Below, piece by piece: positions 18,896 through 28,277 of a stretch of 37,105 nucleotides of DNA. How positions within the stretch are numbered: position 1 is the stretch's first letter; every line of letters starts with the position of its first letter. A model generated the notes under the pieces. That model was not told the origin of the DNA. It did no database searches and worked only from the letters and a program-made list of their open reading frames with translations. Made by a program: the position numbers and the translations under genes. The stretch comes from Promethearchaeota archaeon (GTDB lineage: Archaea > Asgardarchaeota > Lokiarchaeia > Sigyniarchaeales > SOKP01), in assembly GCA_011364925.1 (NCBI GenBank), contig RDOA01000038.1, positions 1 through 37,105 on the forward strand, in the 5' to 3' direction.

Positions 18896-20082
18896 AGAGA
18901 TTCCATTTCTAAATCCATTTTTAATAAAGTATTATAACATATCGATGTACAACCCTTTAAACTTTCGACTGAGCATTTATCAGGTGTATCTTTGGAAGAA
19001 TGAATAAATCTTGAATCCTTGAATGAATGGAAAAAAGCTATTTGGAACTTTTTACTTTTTCTCTTAAATTTCCTCAATTCTCTGTGGTCGCTTCTAGGTT
19101 CTATCAGTACAGGATATACGATTAAAGGAACATTTAATTCATTTGCAGACTCCTTAATAAGGTTATTCAATTTATCATTCATTTTCCTCCTTCTTACAAT
19201 CCCTACCTTATCGATCAGTCCTAGATAAGTTCCTACCATATCAATATTAATGTTGCACGATTTATTGAGATCATATTTCTGCATTATATCCTTTTTATGC
19301 TCTCGATAAAAATTTTTTGCCCCCTTATTCCCCCATTCCTCCGCACCGGTCCAAAGGAATAAAACATCGATATTTTCTAATGGTTTTCTGTTAATTTCTT
19401 TAGCTAATTCGATTAAAATCGACACCCCACTAGCGTTATCTATCGCTCCATAGGAATTTTGGATCTCATAAACTAATAGAACTATTACAATAATGATAGC
19501 GAACTGAACTAAGGATGATATAATAACCAAATCAAAGATATACTGATTGAATCGATAATATACAAAATCGAGAATAAGTAGTGCTGAAATAAAAATAAGA
19601 AAACCTAAAAACGGCATAATGACGACTCTAAATATAAAAAATAACACTTTTTGAATTCTATAAGGTATTATCGAAGTAAAAGAGTCATAATGGGCAGTAA
19701 AAATAACAAGAGGTCGATGATCGACTTGATTTCTCGCTGGAATAACAGTATATAGGTTTTTAGACTCCTCCTTTTTAATTAAAGTTAGCCTACGTGTCGT
19801 TGCAAATAAATTTTTAACAATATAATAGATAATTATCGCAAGGAATAATCTAAAAATTAATAAGTAGGAAATGAGAAGTGTATAAAATATTCTCATAACC
19901 ATTCTTCTTGCTCCTGTAAAATTAAAATGCTCGATCGTAGAATATATTTGTTCTTTTTCTAATTCCGTTTTAATATAATTTATAGCTTTAGTTTCCCCTT
20001 CAGTTGAAGCATTTCGATTATGCGCTAAATTGTTTACATGCTCTAAAACTTGATATTGATAATCTAAACTTTGATTTATCAT
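18892..20082 (-). CDS. Membrane-embedded M28-family metallopeptidase
   Basis: AHYD, GAIDNASGV, GAEEWG, NIDMVG, SDH, IHSSKDT with hydrophobic segments inserted in the catalytic domain. Confidence 0.85.
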   Translation of the reverse strand: MINQSLDYQYQVLEHVNNLAHNRNASTEGETKAINYIKTELEKEQIYSTIEHFNFTGARRMVMRIFYTLLISYLLIFRLFLAIIIYYIVKNLFATTRRLTLIKKEESKNLYTVIPARNQVDHRPLVIFTAHYDSFTSIIPYRIQKVLFFIFRVVIMPFLGFLIFISALLILDFVYYRFNQYIFDLVIISSLVQFAIIIVIVLLVYEIQNSYGAIDNASGVSILIELAKEINRKPLENIDVLFLWTGAEEWGNKGAKNFYREHKKDIMQKYDLNKSCNINIDMVGTYLGLIDKVGIVRRRKMNDKLNNLIKESANELNVPLIVYPVLIEPRSDHRELRKFKRKSKKFQIAFFHSFKDSRFIHSSKDTPDKCSVESLKGCTSICYNTLLKMDLEMESL

Positions 20083-20510
20083 AAATTGTTGAATACCTAT
20101 TCTGTTTTTAAGTTATTTTAATTAAGAGAAAATGCATGTCAAATTATAAAGATTATTATGTATAAAGTGAAATCTTTTAACCTTTTCTGTTTTCTTTAAT
20201 GTTATATTGCTGTAAATCACACTCTACATCGCAATTTATGATTACAGTGTCCAGAAAAGGTTTTGATAATCTTAACATTAGAAATTTTGGTTTAAGGGTT
20301 CTTTATAACATTATTATTGCATTTTCTCTTTTTTTGAACATATTTCTGAAAATGTATTATTTTAAATGTAAAAAGGATAACGGCGGTAGTCTTTGTACAA
20401 CAATACATAAAAAAAAATAATAACTTTTATAAGTATACGAAACTAGGAAATTACTTAACCAAACATTTAAATTAAAAATTTTTAAACAAAATTTATAATG
20501 TGATTAAAAA

Positions 20511-22280
20511 ATGGAAAGGAAAAATATAGTAATAGTGCTTCTTGCGATAGCATTAATCTTTTCTGGTGTAGGAAACATAATCCTCGGTAGCTTCTTGGGA
20601 CTTATTCAACCTACTCCACCTGCGCCAAAACAAGAAGCTATTGTTGCTACAACAAACACTGTAGTAGATCTCGATCCTATGTACGCTTATGATACTGCTT
20701 CTAGCGCGGTAATCGAAAATGTTGCTGAGTCATTATATACAATAAACTGGTCTGATCCAACTTACCCAACTGTCCCATTATTAGCAACGGCGTTGCCTAC
20801 CATCTCACCAGATGGTAAAGAATATACTATTTCTCTTAGACAGGGAGTTTACTTCCACGACGGAACGTTATTCAACGCTTACGTCGCTAAATGGACTTTT
20901 GATAGGTATAATTACTTTATTAACTGGTCTGGTAATTCCTACTATCCTGATGGATATACAGCTGGTGGATACGATTTCCCATTCAATACTTCTTTACCTG
21001 TTACCGTTCTACCAACTCAGACTGCTATCTTATTCAAAACTGCTACTGGGTTGCTACTTATTAATAGGACAGAAGTAGTTTCAGATTACGTAATTAAGAT
21101 CGTGTTGAACGAAGTAAAAGCTTCTTTCATGGCTCTTTTAGGATTTTATGGCACTTCAATGTTATCTCCAAATCACGCTCCACCTCATAGATACTATCGA
21201 AACGACGAGAAGTTAGTAGGAACAGGTCCATTCGAACTTTCGTACATTTTAGCTGATGTCGAACAGAAGATAGTCAAATTCGACAACTATTGGAAAGGGC
21301 CCGCACAACTCGACTCCGTTATTTGGTCTGTTTTTGACGATATAAACACTATGAACCAAGCGTTCTTATCTGGTGATGTTAATGTATTGTTAGGACCGGA
21401 TAGACCATTCTTCACCCAAATTGAAGCTGATCCAAACTTAGACTTGGTTTATGTAGGAAACCTTTTTTCAAGTACCTGGATTACTTTCAATGTTGATCAT
21501 ATTCCCGTTGCTATGAGAAAGGCAATCGCCTACGCGTATAACTACTCGTATATAATTAATGTAGTTTATCTTGGCGATGCGATCAGATGGCCAACCTATA
21601 TACCAATGGGTATACAATATGCCAACTATAGTCTAAACTATCCTACCTTCGATCGAACCTTTGCGAGGAACCTTCTCTTAACTGATCCTACATATGGTCC
21701 GATTTGTGCCGCAGCCGGCTTAACTGCTGCAAGTACAGATGCCCAATGGATTGCTGTTGCTACTGGTCCTAATCCAATTGCTTCCTTTAACTATACCTGG
21801 AATCTCGGAAATACGAAAAGGCAAGGGATGGGAGATAGATTATCGTTTGATCTGCAATACATCGGTGTCGACTTATCGTCCTTAGGTGTCGCATGGGGCG
21901 ACTTGCTCGATGCACTCTTAGTTGATCGCCATAAATTAGATTCGTACTCTCTTGGTTGGGCGCCTGATTATCTCGATCCTGAGAACTGGTTTAACCCAAT
22001 TTGGAGTAACCAATCAGATATCAACGGTGGAAACTATAACGTAAATTATAACCCTGCTACGGCGCCTGCACAAAGACTGATGGACGCTGCGCTCACTGAG
22101 ACTGATCCACAAACAAGAAAGTTAATGTACTGGGAACTTCAAAGAGAAATGGTTGAAGTAGACTATCCTGGAATGCCACTTATCTCAGCCGTCAATTATG
22201 ATGCCTGGGTATCCAATTTCCATGGGTATGTTTCAAACCCTGCTTCTAGAGCGTATTGGTATGGATGCTACTTCAGTTAA
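20511..22280 (+). CDS. dppA: Peptide ABC transporter substrate-binding protein (family 5)
   Basis: N-terminal anchor, LDPMYAYD, PLLAT, YTISLRQGVYFHDGT, VGTGPF, MRKAIAYA, GWAPDYLDP. Confidence 0.92.
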   Translation: MERKNIVIVLLAIALIFSGVGNIILGSFLGLIQPTPPAPKQEAIVATTNTVVDLDPMYAYDTASSAVIENVAESLYTINWSDPTYPTVPLLATALPTISPDGKEYTISLRQGVYFHDGTLFNAYVAKWTFDRYNYFINWSGNSYYPDGYTAGGYDFPFNTSLPVTVLPTQTAILFKTATGLLLINRTEVVSDYVIKIVLNEVKASFMALLGFYGTSMLSPNHAPPHRYYRNDEKLVGTGPFELSYILADVEQKIVKFDNYWKGPAQLDSVIWSVFDDINTMNQAFLSGDVNVLLGPDRPFFTQIEADPNLDLVYVGNLFSSTWITFNVDHIPVAMRKAIAYAYNYSYIINVVYLGDAIRWPTYIPMGIQYANYSLNYPTFDRTFARNLLLTDPTYGPICAAAGLTAASTDAQWIAVATGPNPIASFNYTWNLGNTKRQGMGDRLSFDLQYIGVDLSSLGVAWGDLLDALLVDRHKLDSYSLGWAPDYLDPENWFNPIWSNQSDINGGNYNVNYNPATAPAQRLMDAALTETDPQTRKLMYWELQREMVEVDYPGMPLISAVNYDAWVSNFHGYVSNPASRAYWYGCYFS

Positions 22281-22310
22281 AAAAGCAAATTTAAATCAAA
22301 ATATTATTAA

Positions 22311-22330
22311 AAATTTTTTTTTTATTATTT
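22311..22330 (+). terminator. T10 tract downstream of dppA (probable partial terminator)
   Basis: Ten consecutive T at 22314-22323, about 35 nt after the dppA stop. Confidence 0.45.
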
Positions 22331-22361
22331 ATTATTCATTATATTAATGTTATTATTTTAG

Positions 22362-23207
22362 ATGACTCCTATAAAGAATCCTCCACATAAATTAAAGGCG
22401 TTTAAAAGAGATATTGCTCCTATTGGGTTCTTTTTTGATTTATTCTCAAATGAGAACTATGATTTACCAATTTTACCAGTTCCTATGAGGATTGATAAAA
22501 TAGTTAATGGTCAACCAACTCTCGTCGTTCCTTTAGATTTTCCAAAATTAGATCGTATATGCAATAAATATTCCCTGAATCTTGATTACAATCTATTTTT
22601 TAAAATAGGTATACATAATCTTGTAACAACGGCAAGACGAAAATATAAAGAGATAATAATACATCAATTAAAAGATAAATTTATAATTAATTGGTGGGAA
22701 CAATCCAAATTATTGAAAGCCGAAATCCCGAGTTTAACTAAAGATTTTTCATATATTCTGTCAAAATTCATTAAACTATATTCTAAATTCCTTGAATCCG
22801 ACGATATATCTAATCAAGTAAAATTATTAATTGAATACTGTGAGAAAATCGTTAAATATTTAAAAAGAAGGTTAAAATCCAATTGTATTTTAACATCTAA
22901 AAAAGGAAATACTTTTATTCAGAAGATCTATAACGAAAAAAAAAGGAGGATTTATCCCCAAATTGCCCCAGTTTCAGTTTATAATATTCAAACAGAAGAG
23001 GTGAAAGATATGTATTTTATCCCTTATCTAATATACGATGATCTTATCGATATTTTTTTCTATAATCTTCGGTTATTAAACGATAAAACACCTCATGTCA
23101 ACTTAAAAAGGTTCCAAGAAAATAGTATAATTAATAAAAGACCAAAAATTATTACTGTTAAAAAAGAAGATTTGTTAACCCGTATCGAAGCTGAGACGTT
23201 CTTATGA
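22362..23207 (+). CDS. Hypothetical soluble, basic protein within the dpp locus
   Basis: 281-aa ORF, ATG start, stop overlaps next start (ATGA); no family recognised. Confidence 0.7.
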   Translation: MTPIKNPPHKLKAFKRDIAPIGFFFDLFSNENYDLPILPVPMRIDKIVNGQPTLVVPLDFPKLDRICNKYSLNLDYNLFFKIGIHNLVTTARRKYKEIIIHQLKDKFIINWWEQSKLLKAEIPSLTKDFSYILSKFIKLYSKFLESDDISNQVKLLIEYCEKIVKYLKRRLKSNCILTSKKGNTFIQKIYNEKKRRIYPQIAPVSVYNIQTEEVKDMYFIPYLIYDDLIDIFFYNLRLLNDKTPHVNLKRFQENSIINKRPKIITVKKEDLLTRIEAETFL

Positions 23208-23716
23208 AGATTGAAATTAATAGGCAAGGTAATTTTATACTAGCATGTCTATTCATACACTTTCTGTTTTTTGGTTTTTTATGCAATATTTTTGACAAAG
23301 CTATAGGGGAAAATGTATTATATCTCTATAAAGTTATGTTTCAACCTGTATCGTTTCTTTCTACGCTAATTTTGTTTATAATCGTTTTTATAATGGCGTA
23401 CAGAGAGAAATTTTCCGAATTTAGCATTAAAAATAGTATTTGGCTTGTTCTCGTAATTGTTATCGAATCGTGGATCTGGTATTTCTTTATAAATCCGTCG
23501 ATTTTGGATCCCTCCTATCCCCACGAATATACCTTAGATATGTTCATCAGTACCTTCCTCGATATCTTTCCTGGTTATTTTATCAGATATGAAAGCTATT
23601 TAACTATCTTGATATTGTTAGGGTTTAATTTAGGAACCGCGTTTTTAGCCGGTTTTATTAAAGTAAAAGTTAGAGAGTATAGGAAAAAATTAATGGCTAA
23701 ACCAACTGTAATTTAA
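23204..23716 (+). CDS. Hypothetical ~4-TM membrane protein upstream of dppB
   Basis: Four hydrophobic segments, basic C-terminus, ATGA overlap with the upstream ORF. Confidence 0.7.
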   Translation: MKIEINRQGNFILACLFIHFLFFGFLCNIFDKAIGENVLYLYKVMFQPVSFLSTLILFIIVFIMAYREKFSEFSIKNSIWLVLVIVIESWIWYFFINPSILDPSYPHEYTLDMFISTFLDIFPGYFIRYESYLTILILLGFNLGTAFLAGFIKVKVREYRKKLMAKPTVI

Positions 23717-23720
23717 AAAA

Positions 23721-23727
23721 AGGTGAT
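23721..23727 (+). promoter_or_regulatory. Shine-Dalgarno site for dppB
   Basis: AGGTGAT, complementary to the archaeal 16S 3' end, 10 nt before the ATG. Confidence 0.6.
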
Positions 23728-23737
23728 TAATTAAAAA

Positions 23738-24790
23738 ATGAGTTTGTTAAAATACATAATTCGAAGAATCTTAATAATGATTCCGGTGTTATTCGGAGCT
23801 ATAACCGTAGTTTTTATCCTTTCAAGGCTGATGCCAGGCGATCCGACCTCTGCCTACTTACCTATTAACGCTTCTGTTGAGCAGCAAGAAGCTATTCGGC
23901 GTTATTTAGGTTTGGATCAACCGATGATCATTCAATATTTTAGATACATTGGAGATTTATTAACGGGAAATTGGGGGTTATCGTCTAACATTTCTAAAGG
24001 CCAACCTGTTTGGGAATTAATATGGGAGCGCTTTCCGCGCACCATGGAACTTACGATATTTGCGATCTTGATTGCTTCCTTAATAGGGATAAGAGCGGGA
24101 GTGTTAACCGCAAAGCATAGAAATAAAGCTCAAGACACCATCGTTAGAGGGTTTGCTTTGGTGGGGGTTTCGATTCCGGTGTTCTGGCTGGGCATGCTTA
24201 TGCAATATTCTTTGACCTACGTGCTCCCAAATTGGATTTACGCTACTTTTGGAGTAGACGTAAAGATATTTCCTGCAACCGGATATAAAACGCCTGGTTA
24301 CCCCGACCCACCGATGATCACTGGGTTTAGATTGATTGATTCACTGATGTCGGGACAGCTCTATTTATTTATCGATTATTTACACCACTTAATATTGCCG
24401 GTAATTGCCTTAGCGTTCATTACCTTAGCTTCGATCACGAGACAAACGCGCTCGAGCATGTTAGAAGTGTTACAACAAGATTATATTAGAACCGCTCGAG
24501 CGAAGGGATGCAACGAAAAAGACGTGGTCCATTCCCACGCGCTGAAAAACGCGTTAATCCCGACGGTAACGATTATTGGGCTTAACTTCGGAGGCTTATT
24601 AGGAGGCGCGGTTTTAACGGAAACGACGTTCAACCTAAAGGGTATGGGAAATCTGATCATTAACGCCATTCGACGCTACGATTATTACGTCATTAACGCC
24701 ACTGTGTTTTTAACGGCGCTCATCTTTGTCGTGGTCAATCTCTTAATGGACGTTATTTACGGATTGCTTGATCCGCGAATTAGATTTTAA
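23738..24790 (+). CDS. dppB: Peptide ABC transporter permease
   Basis: YIIRRIL, PGDP, LGLDQP, SIPVFWLG, EAA-like TRSSMLEVLQQDYIRTARAKG, LDPRIR. Confidence 0.95.
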   Translation: MSLLKYIIRRILIMIPVLFGAITVVFILSRLMPGDPTSAYLPINASVEQQEAIRRYLGLDQPMIIQYFRYIGDLLTGNWGLSSNISKGQPVWELIWERFPRTMELTIFAILIASLIGIRAGVLTAKHRNKAQDTIVRGFALVGVSIPVFWLGMLMQYSLTYVLPNWIYATFGVDVKIFPATGYKTPGYPDPPMITGFRLIDSLMSGQLYLFIDYLHHLILPVIALAFITLASITRQTRSSMLEVLQQDYIRTARAKGCNEKDVVHSHALKNALIPTVTIIGLNFGGLLGGAVLTETTFNLKGMGNLIINAIRRYDYYVINATVFLTALIFVVVNLLMDVIYGLLDPRIRF

Positions 24791-24814
24791 TGTGAGGAGG
24801 AGTGAAATAAAAAA

Positions 24815-25816
24815 ATGATTGAAGAACACGTAGTAGAAACCTACGAAGAAGAAAGGGAAAAGAAGGGCTATTTTGGTACCATTTTTTCGTGGCTTGGTAA
24901 GAATTTTAAATTCCTTTTTGTCCCGGGGTATATCCCAGAGGACTTAATCAAGCGCAGACAAGATTACGAAATGCTCAGAAGTAAGAGAAAGTTCATTCGT
25001 CGATTGAGATCCGCGTTAACGATGTTTGGAATTGGTCTCATCTTTACGATCGTCACATTTGCCGTGTTTGCGCCATGGATCGCTCAATACTCGTTTTACG
25101 ATTTAACATCGTTTTTCTGGAACGCGTGGCAAGCTCCGAGTAGCACACATCTCGCTGGTACGACCGATTACGGGCGCGACGTGTTAGGAAGATTAATTTG
25201 GGGAGCGAGGTCTTCGCTTACCATCGCACTTCCCGCGCTCTTATTTGCGGTGTTTTTCGGAGTGATCATTGGGATCGTTTCGGGATATTTTGGTGGTTGG
25301 GTCGACGGGATTCTCATGCGAATCATGGACATTTTCTTAGCGTTTCCGGGCATTATCTTGATCTTAGTGATGATTTCCATTTTTGGTCCGAGGATGGAAT
25401 TTTTTATGCTGGCTTACGGGATTTTAGGAGTTGCGGGCTATTCTCGATTGATAAGAGGGAGCGTATTGCAGGCTAAAGAGCTGCCCTACGTTGAAGCGGC
25501 TAGAGTATCCGGAGCAGGCCATTGGCGATTGATTTTTCGACACATCCTCCCCAACACGTTCCAGCCGGTCCTGATCTCGTTCACGTTTGATATTGGGGGG
25601 ATAATCCTCAGTTTAGCTGGTCTAAGCTTTCTCGGGTACGGCGACGCCCATTTAATTGAATGGGGAAACGATATCGCAATCGGACGATATCACTTATACG
25701 ACGCTCCTTGGGCGGCGTTGTGGCCTGGCTTCATGATTGTGTTAACAGTGTTAGGGTTTATGTTGCTCGGAGATGGACTGCGAGACGCCTTAGATCCGAG
25801 GTTAAAGAACTTGTAA
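24815..25816 (+). CDS. dppC: Peptide ABC transporter permease
   Basis: HLAGTTDYGRDVLGRLIWGARSSL, YVEAARVSGA, RHILPN, LGDGLRDALDPR; GGAGGAGTGA RBS upstream. Confidence 0.95.
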   Translation: MIEEHVVETYEEEREKKGYFGTIFSWLGKNFKFLFVPGYIPEDLIKRRQDYEMLRSKRKFIRRLRSALTMFGIGLIFTIVTFAVFAPWIAQYSFYDLTSFFWNAWQAPSSTHLAGTTDYGRDVLGRLIWGARSSLTIALPALLFAVFFGVIIGIVSGYFGGWVDGILMRIMDIFLAFPGIILILVMISIFGPRMEFFMLAYGILGVAGYSRLIRGSVLQAKELPYVEAARVSGAGHWRLIFRHILPNTFQPVLISFTFDIGGIILSLAGLSFLGYGDAHLIEWGNDIAIGRYHLYDAPWAALWPGFMIVLTVLGFMLLGDGLRDALDPRLKNL

Positions 25817-25845
25817 TAATATATTTTGATAAATGTGAGAAAGTT

Positions 25846-27105
25846 ATGGATACAGAAAAAGAACTAATGACTGTAGACAACACTAAACCCACAGAAATGG
25901 GAAATGATGTGTTACTTAGGGTAAATGGTCTTAAAACTCAATTTTTTACTGAAGAGGGAGTTGTTAAAGCTGTTGATGGCGTATCGTTTAACATATTTCA
26001 AGATGAAGTGCTTGGATTAGTTGGTGAAACTGGATGTGGAAAATCAGTTACGGCGCTATCTATATTACGTTTAGTAAGAGATCCTGGTAAAATTATAGAA
26101 GGCAAGATATTTTTCGATGGTTTAAATTTACTTGAATTAAGCGAAAAAGATATGAGAAAATATCGAGGTAATAAAATTACTATGATATTCCAAGATCCTT
26201 TGAACTCCCTAAATCCTGTTATTAAAGTTGGCGACCAAATAGGTGAAGTATTTATGCTTCATCAGAGAGAAATAATGCAAGATAGATTGGATAAGGAACG
26301 CTTAAGAAGAAAAGAATATAAGCAAAATTTAAAACTATTAACAAAAAGATTGAAAACTGAATCAGAAAGATTGACGAATGACGAAAAACTAGCCTTGGAA
26401 GCAGAAATCCAAGAAATAAAAAAAGAAGATACGGATTACATTGATATAAAAGAAATTGTTAAAGATGCAGCGGCTGAAATGATTAGCAAAGTGGGGATTG
26501 CAGATGCACGAAACATTTTAGATAGGTATCCTCATGAACTTAGTGGCGGTATGAGACAAAGAGTTATGATTGCTATGGCTTTAACTTGTAATCCTAAGCT
26601 ATTAATCGCAGATGAACCCACCACTGCATTAGATGTAACTATTCAAGCTCAAATTTTAGAATTAATGAAAGAATTGAAACAAAATTTTAAAACATCAATT
26701 CTAATGATTACTCATGATTTAGGTATCATCGCTGAAATGTGTGATAGAGTAGCAGTCATGTATAGTGGCAATATTGTTGAGTATGCTCCTTCAGAACAAT
26801 TATTTAAGAATCCACGTCATCCATACACACAAGGTTTAATCGGTGCCATTCCTCGTATTGATAAGCGGGGTCACAAGCTCAAAACCATTAGAGGCATGGT
26901 TCCAAATTTGATATACCCTCCTTCAGGATGCCGATTTCATCCACGTTGTCCTCAACGTCTTGAAGTTTGCGATCAAGTGCGCCCAGAATGGATTGAAATA
27001 GAAAACAAATATTTTATTGCTTGTCATCTTTTTGATGATAAATATAAAGATTCACCTAAATATCAGTGGGAAGAAGAAGAAAAAGAAGAATCTTTTCTAG
27101 TATAG
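25846..27105 (+). CDS. dppD: Peptide ABC transporter ATP-binding protein with coiled-coil insertion
   Basis: GETGCGKS, IFQDP, LSGGMRQR, LLIADEPT, HPYT, C-terminal Cys motif CRFHPRC; ATG 25846 preferred because the 25660 start overlaps dppC. Confidence 0.95.
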   Translation: MDTEKELMTVDNTKPTEMGNDVLLRVNGLKTQFFTEEGVVKAVDGVSFNIFQDEVLGLVGETGCGKSVTALSILRLVRDPGKIIEGKIFFDGLNLLELSEKDMRKYRGNKITMIFQDPLNSLNPVIKVGDQIGEVFMLHQREIMQDRLDKERLRRKEYKQNLKLLTKRLKTESERLTNDEKLALEAEIQEIKKEDTDYIDIKEIVKDAAAEMISKVGIADARNILDRYPHELSGGMRQRVMIAMALTCNPKLLIADEPTTALDVTIQAQILELMKELKQNFKTSILMITHDLGIIAEMCDRVAVMYSGNIVEYAPSEQLFKNPRHPYTQGLIGAIPRIDKRGHKLKTIRGMVPNLIYPPSGCRFHPRCPQRLEVCDQVRPEWIEIENKYFIACHLFDDKYKDSPKYQWEEEEKEESFLV

Positions 27106-27140
27106 TATACAAAAAAAATAAAAATGAGCAAAAAAGTAAT

Positions 27141-28199
27141 ATGACTGAAGTAGAACCAAGTGGAAAAATAGACATTTTACCTCCGGAAGACGAAGATGTA
27201 GTCTTATCTGTAAGAAATTTAAAAACTTATTACCCTATTCATGGAGGGTTAATAAAAAGAAAAATCGGAGATGTTAAAGCCGTTGATGGTGTTTCTTTCG
27301 ATTTAAGAAAAAATGAAACTCTCGGTATTGTCGGAGAAAGTGGTTGTGGAAAAACAACAATAGGAAATACTATCTTACATTTAGTACCAGCTACGTCAGG
27401 AGAAATTTATTATCGAGGTAAACGGATTGATCGCAAATTCGAAAAAAAATACAGAAAAAAAATTCAGATGGTCTTTCAAGATCCTGATTCTTCATTAAAT
27501 CCTCGAATGAAAATTGTTGATATTATTGGTGAACCGTTACGACTACTAATAGGTCTAAAAAAAACTAGAGAGATTCGTCAAAGAGTACTTGAATTGTTAG
27601 AAACAGTTTCAATGAAAGTTGAACACTTGGATCGATATCCCCATGAATTTTCAGGTGGTCAGAAACAACGAATTGTAATAGCAAGAGCTTTAGCTTGTAA
27701 TCCGGAAGTAATCTTTTTAGACGAGCCAACTTCTGCATTAGACGTATCAGTTCAAGCCCAAATATTAAACTTATTAAAAGATCTTCAAAGAGAGTTTGAT
27801 TTCTCATATCTTTTTATAACTCATGATCTCAGTGTTATCCAACATATTGCTGATAAAGTTCAGGTTATGTATTTAGGTAAATTCGTGGAAGGAGGGACTA
27901 TTGATGAGGTGTTTTACAATCCAACACATCCATATACTAAAGCTTTATTATCTGCAAGACCCACTTTTGATCCTTCTCTTAGACGTAATAGAATAATACT
28001 TGAAGGAGATGTACCTAGCCCTATAAATCCTCCTTCAGGATGTGCGTTCCATCCAAGATGCCAAGAAATGAATTCACATGAAGGCTGTAGTTTAAATAAT
28101 CCTACAAGAATCGATCTTGGTGGAGATCATTATATGTATTGCAATCCAGTTCTACATGAAGAAAAATCTTTTAAGGGCATGGATTATATCTCAGATTAA
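27141..28199 (+). CDS. dppF: Peptide ABC transporter ATP-binding protein
   Basis: GESGCGKT, FSGGQKQR, FLDEPT, HPYT, PSPINPPSGCAFHPRC; ATG 27141 preferred. Confidence 0.95.
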   Translation: MTEVEPSGKIDILPPEDEDVVLSVRNLKTYYPIHGGLIKRKIGDVKAVDGVSFDLRKNETLGIVGESGCGKTTIGNTILHLVPATSGEIYYRGKRIDRKFEKKYRKKIQMVFQDPDSSLNPRMKIVDIIGEPLRLLIGLKKTREIRQRVLELLETVSMKVEHLDRYPHEFSGGQKQRIVIARALACNPEVIFLDEPTSALDVSVQAQILNLLKDLQREFDFSYLFITHDLSVIQHIADKVQVMYLGKFVEGGTIDEVFYNPTHPYTKALLSARPTFDPSLRRNRIILEGDVPSPINPPSGCAFHPRCQEMNSHEGCSLNNPTRIDLGGDHYMYCNPVLHEEKSFKGMDYISD

Positions 28200-28277
28200 T
28201 TCAATTTTTTAACCTAATTTTATAGTTTTTAAGGTTTAATAAAAAAAATAAATCATAGTATCATTTTATATGTACTT

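Noticed and set aside
20199-20420. 73-aa ORF in the M28-dppA intergenic region
   Set aside because: No RBS or motif, AT-driven composition, lies in a probable divergent promoter region; a small protein is not strictly excluded
20472-20485. TTAAAAATTTTTAA palindrome upstream of dppA, also present at 34332
   Set aside because: Pure A/T low-complexity sequence expected in this genome, so not claimed as a shared operator
25660-25845. N-terminal extension of DppD in the ORF track (likewise 6294-6347 for map and 27066-27140 for dppF)
   Set aside because: Overlaps upstream genes or promoter DNA; downstream ATGs fit the family N-termini better
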